From NCBI GenBank assembly GCA_965231035.1, contig OZ246409.1, positions 361,101 through 393,100 on the forward strand: a stretch of 32,000 nt of DNA, written 5' to 3'. Both the position numbers and the translations under genes were made by a program. This document shows, in pieces, positions 17,471 through 26,219 of the stretch. Each line of letters begins with the position of its first letter. Positions within the stretch are counted from its first letter, which is position 1. The stretch comes from an uncultured Muribaculaceae bacterium. GTDB lineage: Bacteria; Pseudomonadota; Alphaproteobacteria; Rs-D84. The notes below the pieces were generated by a model. The model was not told where the DNA came from. It saw only the letters and a program-made list of their open reading frames with translations, and ran no database searches.

Positions 17471-19111
17471 TTAATTCAATGGTGCACCCCAATTTTGTTG
17501 AATTTTGTGTTCAACATCCATCGGGCTTACCAGAACTTGTGGTGTCAAGATAACAACCAAAACATCGCGTTGACTTTCTGTTTCACGAGAACCCGACAAC
17601 GCCATAAAGTTTGGATCTCCGATACCATATCTGGTGTCATTATTGGTCTGCTTTTCAAATCCGCTTAATACCAACATCTGACCAGATTCCATTATAACTT
17701 CCTGCATAAAGCTGCGTTCTTCAACTTCTGGCAATTGCAAAGTTACTTCGCCGATTGTCTGGGTTGACATCTTGATTAATTCACGAACAGACATTTTGAA
17801 CAACAATAAGATTTTTCCGTTTTCCAAAACATTTGGTAACAGCTGCATTGAAAATCCTGTTTCCAAATCATCTTGATCAACAGTGCTGGATTCAACAGTC
17901 GTAAAGTTACGTGATTCAAAACGTTTAATATATCCAGTTGTCTTTGTATTGCTTACTGGGGCAACACGGTTGCTGCGGGTTGTCACACCAACGTTTGTGA
18001 CCAATGATACTTTACCCTGTTTTGCCAAAGCGCTTATCAAAGCATTACTTCCTGCGGCACCAGCCAATGCACCATTTTTAATTTGGTCAGCTGTGTATGC
18101 ACCAGCAGTTTCTGTTCCACTAACATCATGCGTAGCACCTGTCAAAGAAGAAACCGTATTAGACAAAACCGCAATATTCATAGAACTTGCTTCTGTTGTA
18201 GATAAATTATTCTTTGGGTTCGCAACAATGTTTAATCCCGAAGCAGAATTTATAGCAGCAGCCAGATTCAACCCAAATGCAGAATTATTTGCAATTGAAA
18301 CTTGCAGAACTTTGACATCAATTGTTACCAACTGAGACAAACGTTTATTCTGTTTAGCTATATAGTCACCAACTCTGTTTTGAACCGATGGAGGTGCAGT
18401 AACAGTAATAGTTCCTAAACTTTTTGCTACTGTAAAGTTAGCATTGTCAGTTTTTCCAACAATAGAAGATATTGTTTTTTCTACTTCATCCCATTCTTTC
18501 ATATTTGATTGCAACTCGACCTGATTACCATCATCTGTTTTAATAGAAGATTGATAAGAAACATCTGTTCCCAAAGCATATAATGTAAATGTTTTTGTTT
18601 CTGTTTCATAGAAAACAATCGAATCGTTTTCATAATACCAGAGCAAATCTAAATCTGTTGCAACCTGAGATAACAAGCCAGAAAGCTTTCCTGTATAAGC
18701 AATATTAACTGTCTTTTTTAATTTGTCAGGATTAATTTGACTATCTATTTTTACAGGTATCCCTGTTACAGAATTAATATTGTTTGCCAATACCTGTAAA
18801 GATACAGGTTCATTCATCATTATTGTTACACCAGTATCTGTTTCAAATTTCGAAGGCAAATTATTTCTGTGTTCCAAAACATTTGATTTATCACCCAACC
18901 ATACACCTTCGGACATTGAAACGGTGTCACCACTGTCAACCTTGGCGCGTGGATTTTTTGCCATTTCAAATGCGTCATAAGCATTTACAAAATTCTGATC
19001 AACTTCTGCAGCGACTTGTTTTGATTCTTTTGCAGCACATCCCAACAACAAAGGTGCCAGAAAAAACACAAAAAGAAAAACCCGCCCAAAAGTCATAGAT
19101 GTTTTTTTCAT
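17471..19111 (-). CDS. PilN-type lipoprotein secretin (type IVb pilus outer-membrane channel)
   Basis: AGGAGAGGA SD lies 7 nt before the ATG at 19111. The signal peptide has the lipobox LLLGC. The C-terminal secretin-like block is GFSMQLLPNVLENGKILLLF ... LQLPEVEERSFMQEVIMESGQMLVLSGFEK ... RDVLVVILTPQVL. Confidence 0.75.
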   Translation of the reverse strand: MKKTSMTFGRVFLFVFFLAPLLLGCAAKESKQVAAEVDQNFVNAYDAFEMAKNPRAKVDSGDTVSMSEGVWLGDKSNVLEHRNNLPSKFETDTGVTIMMNEPVSLQVLANNINSVTGIPVKIDSQINPDKLKKTVNIAYTGKLSGLLSQVATDLDLLWYYENDSIVFYETETKTFTLYALGTDVSYQSSIKTDDGNQVELQSNMKEWDEVEKTISSIVGKTDNANFTVAKSLGTITVTAPPSVQNRVGDYIAKQNKRLSQLVTIDVKVLQVSIANNSAFGLNLAAAINSASGLNIVANPKNNLSTTEASSMNIAVLSNTVSSLTGATHDVSGTETAGAYTADQIKNGALAGAAGSNALISALAKQGKVSLVTNVGVTTRSNRVAPVSNTKTTGYIKRFESRNFTTVESSTVDQDDLETGFSMQLLPNVLENGKILLLFKMSVRELIKMSTQTIGEVTLQLPEVEERSFMQEVIMESGQMLVLSGFEKQTNNDTRYGIGDPNFMALSGSRETESQRDVLVVILTPQVLVSPMDVEHKIQQNWGAPLN

Positions 19112-19147
19112 ATTTAAATCCTCTCCTGAATCTTTTTGTATTCTTAA

Positions 19148-20029
19148 TTATTCTTCTATTGTTGAAACTACCAGCACACGATTTCCCTTATAGAATTTTG
19201 CATAAGGAATTGGATTTGCACGGCTGAAATTACGAACCAATGCGGATGCTACATCAACAAAACGACCTTTGAAAACTGCACTTGCTTCGACTGGATATTC
19301 CCTAGATGTTGCCCAAACAAAATCCCAACCTTCTTTGTTGCACCAATCTTGTAAAACATCATGCAAAGTTTGGCCACTGGCAACAACCCAACTACGAACC
19401 TGGTCATGAACACCTTTTGGTGCTTCGGCATCGGCCGATTGATCAACCGCAATTTCATCTGTGTTAGATGCTTTACTTTCTTCTGTTTTATCAACAGAAC
19501 CAGAAGCCAGAGTTAAATTATTCTTGCCACATTTTTTATGTGCATTACGTGACATTGCTAAAACTGCACCACCATCATCTTCCAGCATTTCACGATGCAT
19601 CAAAGGCATATCTGCCTGGGTATTGCATTCATCGTCAAAACCTGCTGGAACTTGGGATCCGTGCAACATATTCGCACCGCCAGACCAGCTGGATGAATCA
19701 CCACCACGACCACCCATCATAATATTATTTTCAACAACTAAGTCTGAACCAATCTTGGAAACAATTTTAATATTATCTGACTTTGCACCACCAACACAGT
19801 CTGCGGTTTTTGGATCACAAGAAACACTTACGTCTGCATCAGAACCAACAATTGGCCAGGCTGGAACTTCTACAATTTGCTTTTGTTCCGATACTTGATT
19901 TACCGGTTCAACTGGCTCGCTTGCCTTGTAAGTAACTTCCGAAGTTACAATTTGTGGGATATTTTCTGCTGCAAAGCAATAAGTAGAAGCGGTTGCAAAC
20001 AAAGCTGTTATCAAAATCTTACGGAACAT
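19148..20029 (-). CDS. TcpQ/PilL-like periplasmic protein (putative secretin partner)
   Basis: I start at Met10 of the track ORF (ATG 20029). AGGAAAGGAAG lies 5 nt upstream, and this start gives the signal peptide MFRKILITALFATASTYCFAAE. The C-terminal ~85 aa (VRSWVVASGQTLHDVLQDWCNKEGWDFVWATSREYPVEASAVFKGRFVDVASALV ... NRVLVVS) matches the TcpQ/PilL C-terminal domain pattern as I remember it. The stop is 36 nt before the secretin start. Confidence 0.65.
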   Translation of the reverse strand: MFRKILITALFATASTYCFAAENIPQIVTSEVTYKASEPVEPVNQVSEQKQIVEVPAWPIVGSDADVSVSCDPKTADCVGGAKSDNIKIVSKIGSDLVVENNIMMGGRGGDSSSWSGGANMLHGSQVPAGFDDECNTQADMPLMHREMLEDDGGAVLAMSRNAHKKCGKNNLTLASGSVDKTEESKASNTDEIAVDQSADAEAPKGVHDQVRSWVVASGQTLHDVLQDWCNKEGWDFVWATSREYPVEASAVFKGRFVDVASALVRNFSRANPIPYAKFYKGNRVLVVSTIEE

Positions 20030-20166
20030 GAAAGCTTCCTTTCCTAAAAGTTTCATTTTTTTATAGACTTATTATAACAAGTTGCTTGAATCGGCGCAAG
20101 GATTAAAAAATCGCACGAATCGAGAAAAAGTGTTATAGTAGAACTGTAATTTTTCAGGAGTGACTT

Positions 20167-20712
20167 ATGAACAGTCTTTTTGGGTCTTTTTCTTTTATAT
20201 CAGAAATTTTTCTAGTATTGGGTGTTATTACTATCCTTATTTTAGTTTTTACTATGAATTCCAAGATTAATAATTTAATCAAAGCCATGTCACATCAATA
20301 TAATTTGATGATTAAAATGCAATCCATTTTGAAAAGCAAGCATGCAACAAATATTGTCGCTGAAAATGCGGAAATGATTTACCAAGATTTATTGCAAAAC
20401 CTTATTCCAGTTATGGCAGCTGTCGATATAATGCCCAGAAATACTGCTGAACACCCACTTTGGCGTGCTTTGGGGGGAATAATGGACGAATATGCAAAAA
20501 ACCCTTTTGCACTTGAAAAATTACGCCGCGCTATTAAATTAGATTCAGAAATTGCACGTAACATTGATAATTATCTGAATCGTGCAGATGGATTTTTACG
20601 CCACCTGACAATGACTGAACCAGATGGAATTTTGGCCTCGACATTTACAAATGGTTTACTGGGGCAATCTATGACCTTTTTTACCCAGGCAAAACAGTTG
20701 GCTGCCGAGTAA
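20167..20712 (+). CDS. Hypothetical single-pass membrane protein (181 aa)
   Basis: AGGAG SD lies upstream. It has an N-terminal TM segment (ISEIFLVLGVITILILVF) followed by a helical soluble domain. No family recognised. It is transcribed divergently from the TcpQ-like/secretin pair. Confidence 0.5.
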   Translation: MNSLFGSFSFISEIFLVLGVITILILVFTMNSKINNLIKAMSHQYNLMIKMQSILKSKHATNIVAENAEMIYQDLLQNLIPVMAAVDIMPRNTAEHPLWRALGGIMDEYAKNPFALEKLRRAIKLDSEIARNIDNYLNRADGFLRHLTMTEPDGILASTFTNGLLGQSMTFFTQAKQLAAE

Positions 20713-20725
20713 TAATAAATAAAAA

Positions 20726-22054
20726 ATGAAAGAACTTTCAAGGGATCTTGTAAAGGAAATATCCCAAAAGCGTCATGAACCAGAATGGTTGTTGGATTGG
20801 CGCTTGACTGCTTTTGATGCATGGATCAAGATGACCGAACCACACTGGGCAGAAATAAAATACGACCCAATTGATTATAACTCTCTTAATTATTACAACG
20901 AACCAAAACCGGTTGATAATTCTGATTTGAAATCTGTTTATGAAAATATGGGTCTGCCAGAATCCGAGCAAAAGGCTTTGTTGGGTATGGCAACAGATAC
21001 AGTTATTGACAGTCGGTCTGTTCACACTTCTTATTCCGAAGATTTAGAAAAACTTGGAATAATATTTTTACCTTTTTCCGAAGCAGTTGAAAAACATCCC
21101 GAACTGGTCAAAAAATATCTGGGATCTGTTGTTCCACCAAACGACAACTTTTTTGCAGCATTGAACGCCGCAGTATTTTCAGATGGTACTTTTGTTTATA
21201 TTCCAAAAAACACAAAATGTCCAATTGACCTGGCCAGCTATTTCAGAATTGAAACCGCAAAAATTGGCCAATTTGAAAGAACTTTGATTGTTGCTGATAC
21301 TGGATCCGAAGTTTCTTATTTGGAGGGTTGCAGCGCCCCACGTCGCCCAAACCATCAATTACACAGTGGTGTAGTCGAAGTTGTCGCATTGGATAACTCG
21401 ACAGTAAAATATGCAACGGTTCAAAATTGGTTTGCAGGCGAATATAAGAAAAATAAAAATCAAGGTGGAATCTTAAATTTCGTAACAAAACGTGGAAAAT
21501 GTTTTAACGGTGCACGTCTGGATTGGACCCAGGTTGAAATAGGATCTGCGATGACATGGAAATACCCATCTACTATATTGATGGGTGATAATTCTTCCAG
21601 TGATTTTTATTCTTTAACAATTACGCGTGGTGCACAACAGGCAGACACCGGAACAAAAATGATTCATTTGGGAAACAACACAAAATCAAATATTGTTTCA
21701 TACGGTGTTGCATTGGAAGATTCTGTGCAGACTTTCCGCAGCTTGGTTCATTTTTCTGGCATTGGTGGCAAGAACGCATGTAAGTGTGACAGCAGAATTA
21801 TAGGTAACAGTGCAGTTGCAAATACAATTCCCAGAATTGTTCATAATAATTGCGAAAACGAACAAAGCCACGAAGCAACCACTGGTGCGATTGATGCGGC
21901 CTCCCTGCTTTATTTGACCCAAGGTGGAATAGAAGAAGACGAAGCAACTGCACTTATAATCAGTGGATTGGCAAACCCGATTATTTCACGCCTGCCAATG
22001 GAGTTTTTGGTAGAATCAAAACAACTTATAAAAATGGCATTATCAAAAGAGTAA
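20726..22054 (+). CDS. sufB: Fe-S cluster assembly scaffold SufB
   Basis: 442 aa. The N-terminus (KRHEPEWLLDWRLTAFDAW) and core (RTLIVADTGSEVSYLEGCSAP, VVEVVALDNSTVKYATVQNW, SHEATTGAID, LFYLTQ-like LLYLTQGGI) are typical SufB. Confidence 0.9.
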   Translation: MKELSRDLVKEISQKRHEPEWLLDWRLTAFDAWIKMTEPHWAEIKYDPIDYNSLNYYNEPKPVDNSDLKSVYENMGLPESEQKALLGMATDTVIDSRSVHTSYSEDLEKLGIIFLPFSEAVEKHPELVKKYLGSVVPPNDNFFAALNAAVFSDGTFVYIPKNTKCPIDLASYFRIETAKIGQFERTLIVADTGSEVSYLEGCSAPRRPNHQLHSGVVEVVALDNSTVKYATVQNWFAGEYKKNKNQGGILNFVTKRGKCFNGARLDWTQVEIGSAMTWKYPSTILMGDNSSSDFYSLTITRGAQQADTGTKMIHLGNNTKSNIVSYGVALEDSVQTFRSLVHFSGIGGKNACKCDSRIIGNSAVANTIPRIVHNNCENEQSHEATTGAIDAASLLYLTQGGIEEDEATALIISGLANPIISRLPMEFLVESKQLIKMALSKE

Positions 22055-22057
22055 GAA

Positions 22058-22735
22058 ATGTTATTAGAAATAAAAAATTTATCCGTATTATTGGGCGACA
22101 AGAAATTGTTAAACAATATTAATATGTCTGTTTCAGACGGTGCCAGACACCTGTTGACTGGTCATAACGGCAGTGGCAAATCTACACTGGTACAAACAGT
22201 TGCTGGGAACCCTGAATATAAAATAGACAATGGAAAAATAATTTTTGACGGTCGTGACATAACAAATGAAAACGCAACCACACGTGCACTTTTGGGTATA
22301 TTTTTGGGTGCACAAAATGTTCCCGAAATTCCGGGTCTGACTGTTATGAGCTTTTTGAAACATTCTGCGGCAGCACATCGACATTTTCAAACCGGTAAAG
22401 AACTTTCCATGGGTGAATTTCTGACAAACTTGGAAACTATGCGGGAAAAATTAGATATTCCAAAAACATGGTTGAATCGCAGCATAAACGTTGGATTTTC
22501 AGGTGGTGAACGTAAAAAGCTAATGTTACTGCGACTGATGATTACAGAACCAAAACTGGCCATATTGGATGAACCAGATTCTGGTGCAGATAAATCCGTT
22601 CAAAAGCTTATCGTGGACGTAATAAAAGAAATGAAAAAGACAACATTCCTATTTATCAGCCACCAAGATAAATTCACAGAAATGGTAAATCCATCAGAAA
22701 CAACTACTTTGTCATCTGGTGAACTTGTGATATAA
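22058..22735 (+). CDS. sufC: Fe-S cluster assembly ATPase SufC (short form)
   Basis: Starts 3 nt after the sufB stop. Walker A is GHNGSGKST, the ABC signature is FSGGERKK, Walker B is LAILDEPDSGAD and the H-loop is ISHQ. Confidence 0.85.
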   Translation: MLLEIKNLSVLLGDKKLLNNINMSVSDGARHLLTGHNGSGKSTLVQTVAGNPEYKIDNGKIIFDGRDITNENATTRALLGIFLGAQNVPEIPGLTVMSFLKHSAAAHRHFQTGKELSMGEFLTNLETMREKLDIPKTWLNRSINVGFSGGERKKLMLLRLMITEPKLAILDEPDSGADKSVQKLIVDVIKEMKKTTFLFISHQDKFTEMVNPSETTTLSSGELVI

Positions 22736-22766
22736 TATAAATGTAAATAAACCAAAGGATTTCAAG

Positions 22767-23705
22767 ATGGTAAAGAAAATTGTCGACTCAACAAAATCAA
22801 AACTGGCATCATGGTTTTTCAAAGAACCTGTTAAATTCGCATTCTTGTCATTTGGATTGATTTTTGGTGTTTCTGTTATTTACCTTTTAGCACGCGGAAT
22901 TTTCGGTGCCGGATTTGGAATACCTCCTTTGTTTTTCCTAACACTTGTACTTGTTTCTTTGTTTTTTGCCGCTTATAAACTTATTAGTTGGTTGCCAAAA
23001 GACAAACTAGACAGACACAGTTTTGTTGCTGTTGATAACGGATTATCAATGATATACTTTATCGTGTTTGTTGGATTCACATTATTAATAGCAAACAGCA
23101 CACAATCTCTTATATTTTATGCAATGTGGTTACAGCATTCTTCTATGGTGTTATTCTTTATCACTGCTATTTTGGGAATCTTGGGATATCTGTATGTATT
23201 TGGTCTGTTGATTGCAAACCTGTACGCCACTTATAACCGCGCAGTAACAATGGGTGTACCAAAATGGAAAGTTCTTCTTTCTTTGCCTTTTACATTCACT
23301 ATTTTCTGGGCAACAGGATATTTATTACCAGAAGAAAAAAAATCAACCCCTGTGATAGAAATCAAAACAAAATGGTATGCCAGATTTACAAATTGGGTTG
23401 TCGCAAAGCCTATTAATTCTTTGATTGTATTTCTGTTCACTGCAATATTTTTTGGATTGATGTTTGAATCTTATTCTACTGGATTAACAATTTTCCTGAC
23501 TGCAATATTTGGCATATGGTTATTGTTCCAAGGGGTCAGCAAATTCCGCAAATCTATTGGTGGGGCATTTTCAACTTTTGTTGCAGTTTTGAATATTGTT
23601 GTTGTTCTTGGAATTATTGGTTATATGACTTTCCAAGTAAGTACACAACCAATTCAAATCCAGCAAGAAACTGTCCAGGTTACAACAACAAAGCCAACTA
23701 AATAG
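22767..23705 (+). CDS. Hypothetical polytopic inner-membrane protein (312 aa)
   Basis: About 8 hydrophobic segments with an AAGGA SD. It ends in a polar Q/T-rich tail (QPIQIQQETVQVTTTKPTK). No family recognised. Confidence 0.6.
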   Translation: MVKKIVDSTKSKLASWFFKEPVKFAFLSFGLIFGVSVIYLLARGIFGAGFGIPPLFFLTLVLVSLFFAAYKLISWLPKDKLDRHSFVAVDNGLSMIYFIVFVGFTLLIANSTQSLIFYAMWLQHSSMVLFFITAILGILGYLYVFGLLIANLYATYNRAVTMGVPKWKVLLSLPFTFTIFWATGYLLPEEKKSTPVIEIKTKWYARFTNWVVAKPINSLIVFLFTAIFFGLMFESYSTGLTIFLTAIFGIWLLFQGVSKFRKSIGGAFSTFVAVLNIVVVLGIIGYMTFQVSTQPIQIQQETVQVTTTKPTK

Positions 23706-23738
23706 TTTTTTGGGAATAATTTTACTAAGGATTAAGAG

Positions 23739-24782
23739 ATGAACGGTCTTGTTTTATTCATTGGTGCTGTGTTTATTTTATGGTTGGGTAGAACCATTTT
23801 TATACCGATTTTAGTTGCAGCATTCATATGGTATTTAATAAATTCTATTTCAGCATATTACAGAAAGGCCATGCCATGCAAAAAATTGGACATAAAGAAG
23901 ACTCCAAAATTTTGTATAGTTTTTGATTGGATTTCAAAAATACTAGCCATTGTAAGTTTTGGCGGTTTAACATATTTGTTCATTACACAAATCCGACCTA
24001 TGTTCTCAGAATTAATTGTCGCACTACCTGAAATCCAGCAAAAATTATTAACCCTGGGCGATTATATCTTTGGATTCTTTGGGTTTTCTTTCAACCCAGA
24101 AACATTGCCAAATATGTCGAATATAGTAACCAGCCTAAGCTCTTCTGCGGCAAGTTTAGTTACAACACTTGGTATGGTTTTGGTTTATATATTCTTTATG
24201 TTTGTTGAACAAAGCACATTTGCAAAAAAATTTGATTCTTTGTTTCCAAACAAAACTCAATCTAAAAAAATGCGTTATATTCTGACCAGCATTGACGAGA
24301 ATATGAAAAAATATATGTTTATGAAAACATTTATTTCCGCCTTTACTGGAATATTATCTTATTTCTGTCTGCGCCATATCGGTCTGGAATTTGCAGGTGT
24401 TTGGGCGTTTGTGGTTTTCGTTATGAATTATATTCCAACAATTGGTGCAATTGTGGCATGTTCGCTGCCTATTTTATATTCTTTGATAACTGCAGACACT
24501 ATGAATTTACCAATCCTGACTGCGGGTGGTTTAATCGGATTACAAATTGTTTTGGGAAACATCTTGGAACCAAAGCTGACTGGAAAAACATTGAACCTTT
24601 CCACATTAGCAATTTTGATAAACTTGGTTTTCTGGGGAATGCTGTGGGGTGTTGGCGGAATGTTCTTCAGCGTACCTCTATTAGTGGCAACATTTATTAT
24701 TACTGCACAATTTGATTCAACCAGATGGATTGCTGTATTGCTTTCTGCAAATGGCGAAATCCCAGATAAACGTGATGAATAA
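23739..24782 (+). CDS. AI-2E family (PerM/YhhT-like) transporter
   Basis: 347-aa polytopic ORF. Its size, topology and C-terminal block (LINLVFWGMLWGVGGMFFSVPLLVATFII) are typical of AI-2E/UPF0118 permeases. Confidence 0.75.
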   Translation: MNGLVLFIGAVFILWLGRTIFIPILVAAFIWYLINSISAYYRKAMPCKKLDIKKTPKFCIVFDWISKILAIVSFGGLTYLFITQIRPMFSELIVALPEIQQKLLTLGDYIFGFFGFSFNPETLPNMSNIVTSLSSSAASLVTTLGMVLVYIFFMFVEQSTFAKKFDSLFPNKTQSKKMRYILTSIDENMKKYMFMKTFISAFTGILSYFCLRHIGLEFAGVWAFVVFVMNYIPTIGAIVACSLPILYSLITADTMNLPILTAGGLIGLQIVLGNILEPKLTGKTLNLSTLAILINLVFWGMLWGVGGMFFSVPLLVATFIITAQFDSTRWIAVLLSANGEIPDKRDE

Positions 24783-24809
24783 AAAATCCGCAAAAATGCG
24801 GATTTTTTA
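24781..24809. terminator. Bidirectional terminator between the AI-2E permease gene and rnd
   Basis: The sequence is aaaaa atccgca aaaa tgcggat tttttt. Confidence 0.75.
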
Positions 24810-25433
24810 TTACTTTGGATTATATCCAAAAATATCACGTTCACCCCAATCCATATCAATCGAGCAACGGGTTGGTAAAAATTCAAAACATTTTTTTGCC
24901 AAATCAAATCTGTTTTTATCACGCAATTCGTCGGTCAGATAATCTTTCAGCATATGCAAATATAAAACATCTGTGGCGGCATATTTTTGCTGGTTCTTGG
25001 TCAATTTTTTGGTCCAGTCTGAACAAGTCTCGGACCCGTCCATTTCAATTTTAAATAACTCACGCAATACATTGTGAAGTGCATGACTTTTTTTCGGACG
25101 TGCCAGCAAGACACCAATTTTTGTGCAAAAAACAGGCATTGTCCACACGCCTAATCTTTTATAAATCATCAGTATATCCATTCTGGCATAATGAAATATT
25201 TTTGTAATTTTTGGATTAGATAAAACCTTTTTCAAATTTGGGTATTCTTGGTTATCACGAATTTGTACCAGATAAAAATCATCACTGTCGCGGGCGCGTA
25301 ACTGCACCAAACATAAATGATCACCCTTGACATCCAATCCAGTCAATTCTGTATCAACGGCCAAATCAGTGGTATTAGACAAATCCACAACTTGCGCATC
25401 CGACAAATCATTTTGTAAATAAATTATGTTCAT
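24810..25433 (-). CDS. rnd: Small RNase D-type 3'-5' exonuclease (DEDD family)
   Basis: ExoI motif LAVDTELTGL, then HYARMDILMI and YAATDVLYLHML (ExoIII). I prefer Met14 of the track ORF (MNIIYLQ...), which lies 14 nt after the ruvX stop, over the TTG at 25472 that overlaps ruvX. I could not fully re-verify the exact start base by eye. Confidence 0.75.
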   Translation of the reverse strand: MNIIYLQNDLSDAQVVDLSNTTDLAVDTELTGLDVKGDHLCLVQLRARDSDDFYLVQIRDNQEYPNLKKVLSNPKITKIFHYARMDILMIYKRLGVWTMPVFCTKIGVLLARPKKSHALHNVLRELFKIEMDGSETCSDWTKKLTKNQQKYAATDVLYLHMLKDYLTDELRDKNRFDLAKKCFEFLPTRCSIDMDWGERDIFGYNPK

Positions 25434-25446
25434 TTTATTTTCTTTT

Positions 25447-25902
25447 TTATTTATTCCTTCTGGCCAGTGCAATTGCGTTTTCCAAAATTATTCTGGCTGA
25501 TTCAGAATCCAATTTTTGTTTCAGTTTTTTATCGCCACGCAAATTTTCTTCGGCTTCAAAACTGGTTAAATTTTCTTCTGTGAAAAAAATCGGTAAATTT
25601 AATTTATCGGATAAACTTTGTGCGAATTCCCTGACCTGTTTTGTTGTGTCCGATTCAGAACCATCAGATCTGATTGGTAACCCAATTACAACTGCAACGA
25701 TTTTTTCTTCACCTGCTGTCTTTACAATTTTTTCTACCAAAGACTCTTTACCAACCACAATCTGGGGTCTGGTAAAGATAAATTCTTGTTTTTCGTCCGA
25801 AACCGCCAATCCAACCCGACGCGCACCCCAATCAATTCCCAACAGTCGACCTATGCTTGGAAAGTCCTTGAAATCTGATGAAATCATTGTATAATTCGTC
25901 AT
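25447..25902 (-). CDS. ruvX: Holliday-junction resolvase-like / pre-16S rRNA nuclease RuvX (YqgF)
   Basis: LLGIDWGARRVGLAVSD, VVIGLPIRSDGSES and the C-terminal helical tail are YqgF-like. The track ORF (265 aa) extends over gatC on the opposite strand, so I start at Met115 (ATG 25902). Met120 (25887) is an alternative. Confidence 0.8.
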   Translation of the reverse strand: MTNYTMISSDFKDFPSIGRLLGIDWGARRVGLAVSDEKQEFIFTRPQIVVGKESLVEKIVKTAGEEKIVAVVIGLPIRSDGSESDTTKQVREFAQSLSDKLNLPIFFTEENLTSFEAEENLRGDKKLKQKLDSESARIILENAIALARRNK

Positions 25903-25924
25903 ACTTTTAATAATAGGACCAACA

Positions 25925-26218
25925 ATGTCATTTAGCAAGCAACAATTGCAGAAATTTGCCCATCTTATCCGCATAGAAATTCCTGATGAAAAACTGGAAG
26001 CGATGAAAATTGATTCAGTGATTGAATGGCTGGATAAATTACAAAAAATTGATACCCATGGTGTTGAACCTATGTTGTCACCGGTTGAACATTCTTTGCC
26101 ACGCCGCGAAGATGTCGTCACACAGGAAAACATTCGTGATTTGTTGTTAAAGAATGCCCCAGATGACGCTGGCAAACGCACAGGATACTTTGCCGTTCCA
26201 AAAGTTATGGATGAATAA
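25925..26218 (+). CDS. gatC: Asp/Glu-tRNA amidotransferase subunit C
   Basis: 97 aa: FAHLIRIEIPDEKLE ... DTHGVEPMLSPV ... PRREDVV ... NAPD ... YFAVPKV. Confidence 0.85.
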   Translation: MSFSKQQLQKFAHLIRIEIPDEKLEAMKIDSVIEWLDKLQKIDTHGVEPMLSPVEHSLPRREDVVTQENIRDLLLKNAPDDAGKRTGYFAVPKVMDE

Positions 26219-26219
26219 A

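Noticed and set aside
17883-19898. Long plus-strand ORFs (150, 104, 145 and 84 aa) inside the secretin and TcpQ-like genes
   Set aside because: All are antisense to well-supported, SD-led genes with domain signatures. None has an SD or recognisable motifs, so they are probably shadow ORFs.
24428-24922. 164-aa minus-strand ORF spanning the AI-2E gene 3' end, the terminator and the rnd 3' end
   Set aside because: It crosses a strong bidirectional terminator and overlaps two supported genes, so it cannot be a real transcription or translation unit.
26154-26219. Upstream extension of gatA (the track start at 26154) overlapping the gatC 3' end
   Set aside because: The GatA-type N-terminus (MKNLTDLTITEAL...) begins at 26220, right after the gatC stop. 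The longer form would overlap gatC by 65 nt in another frame.
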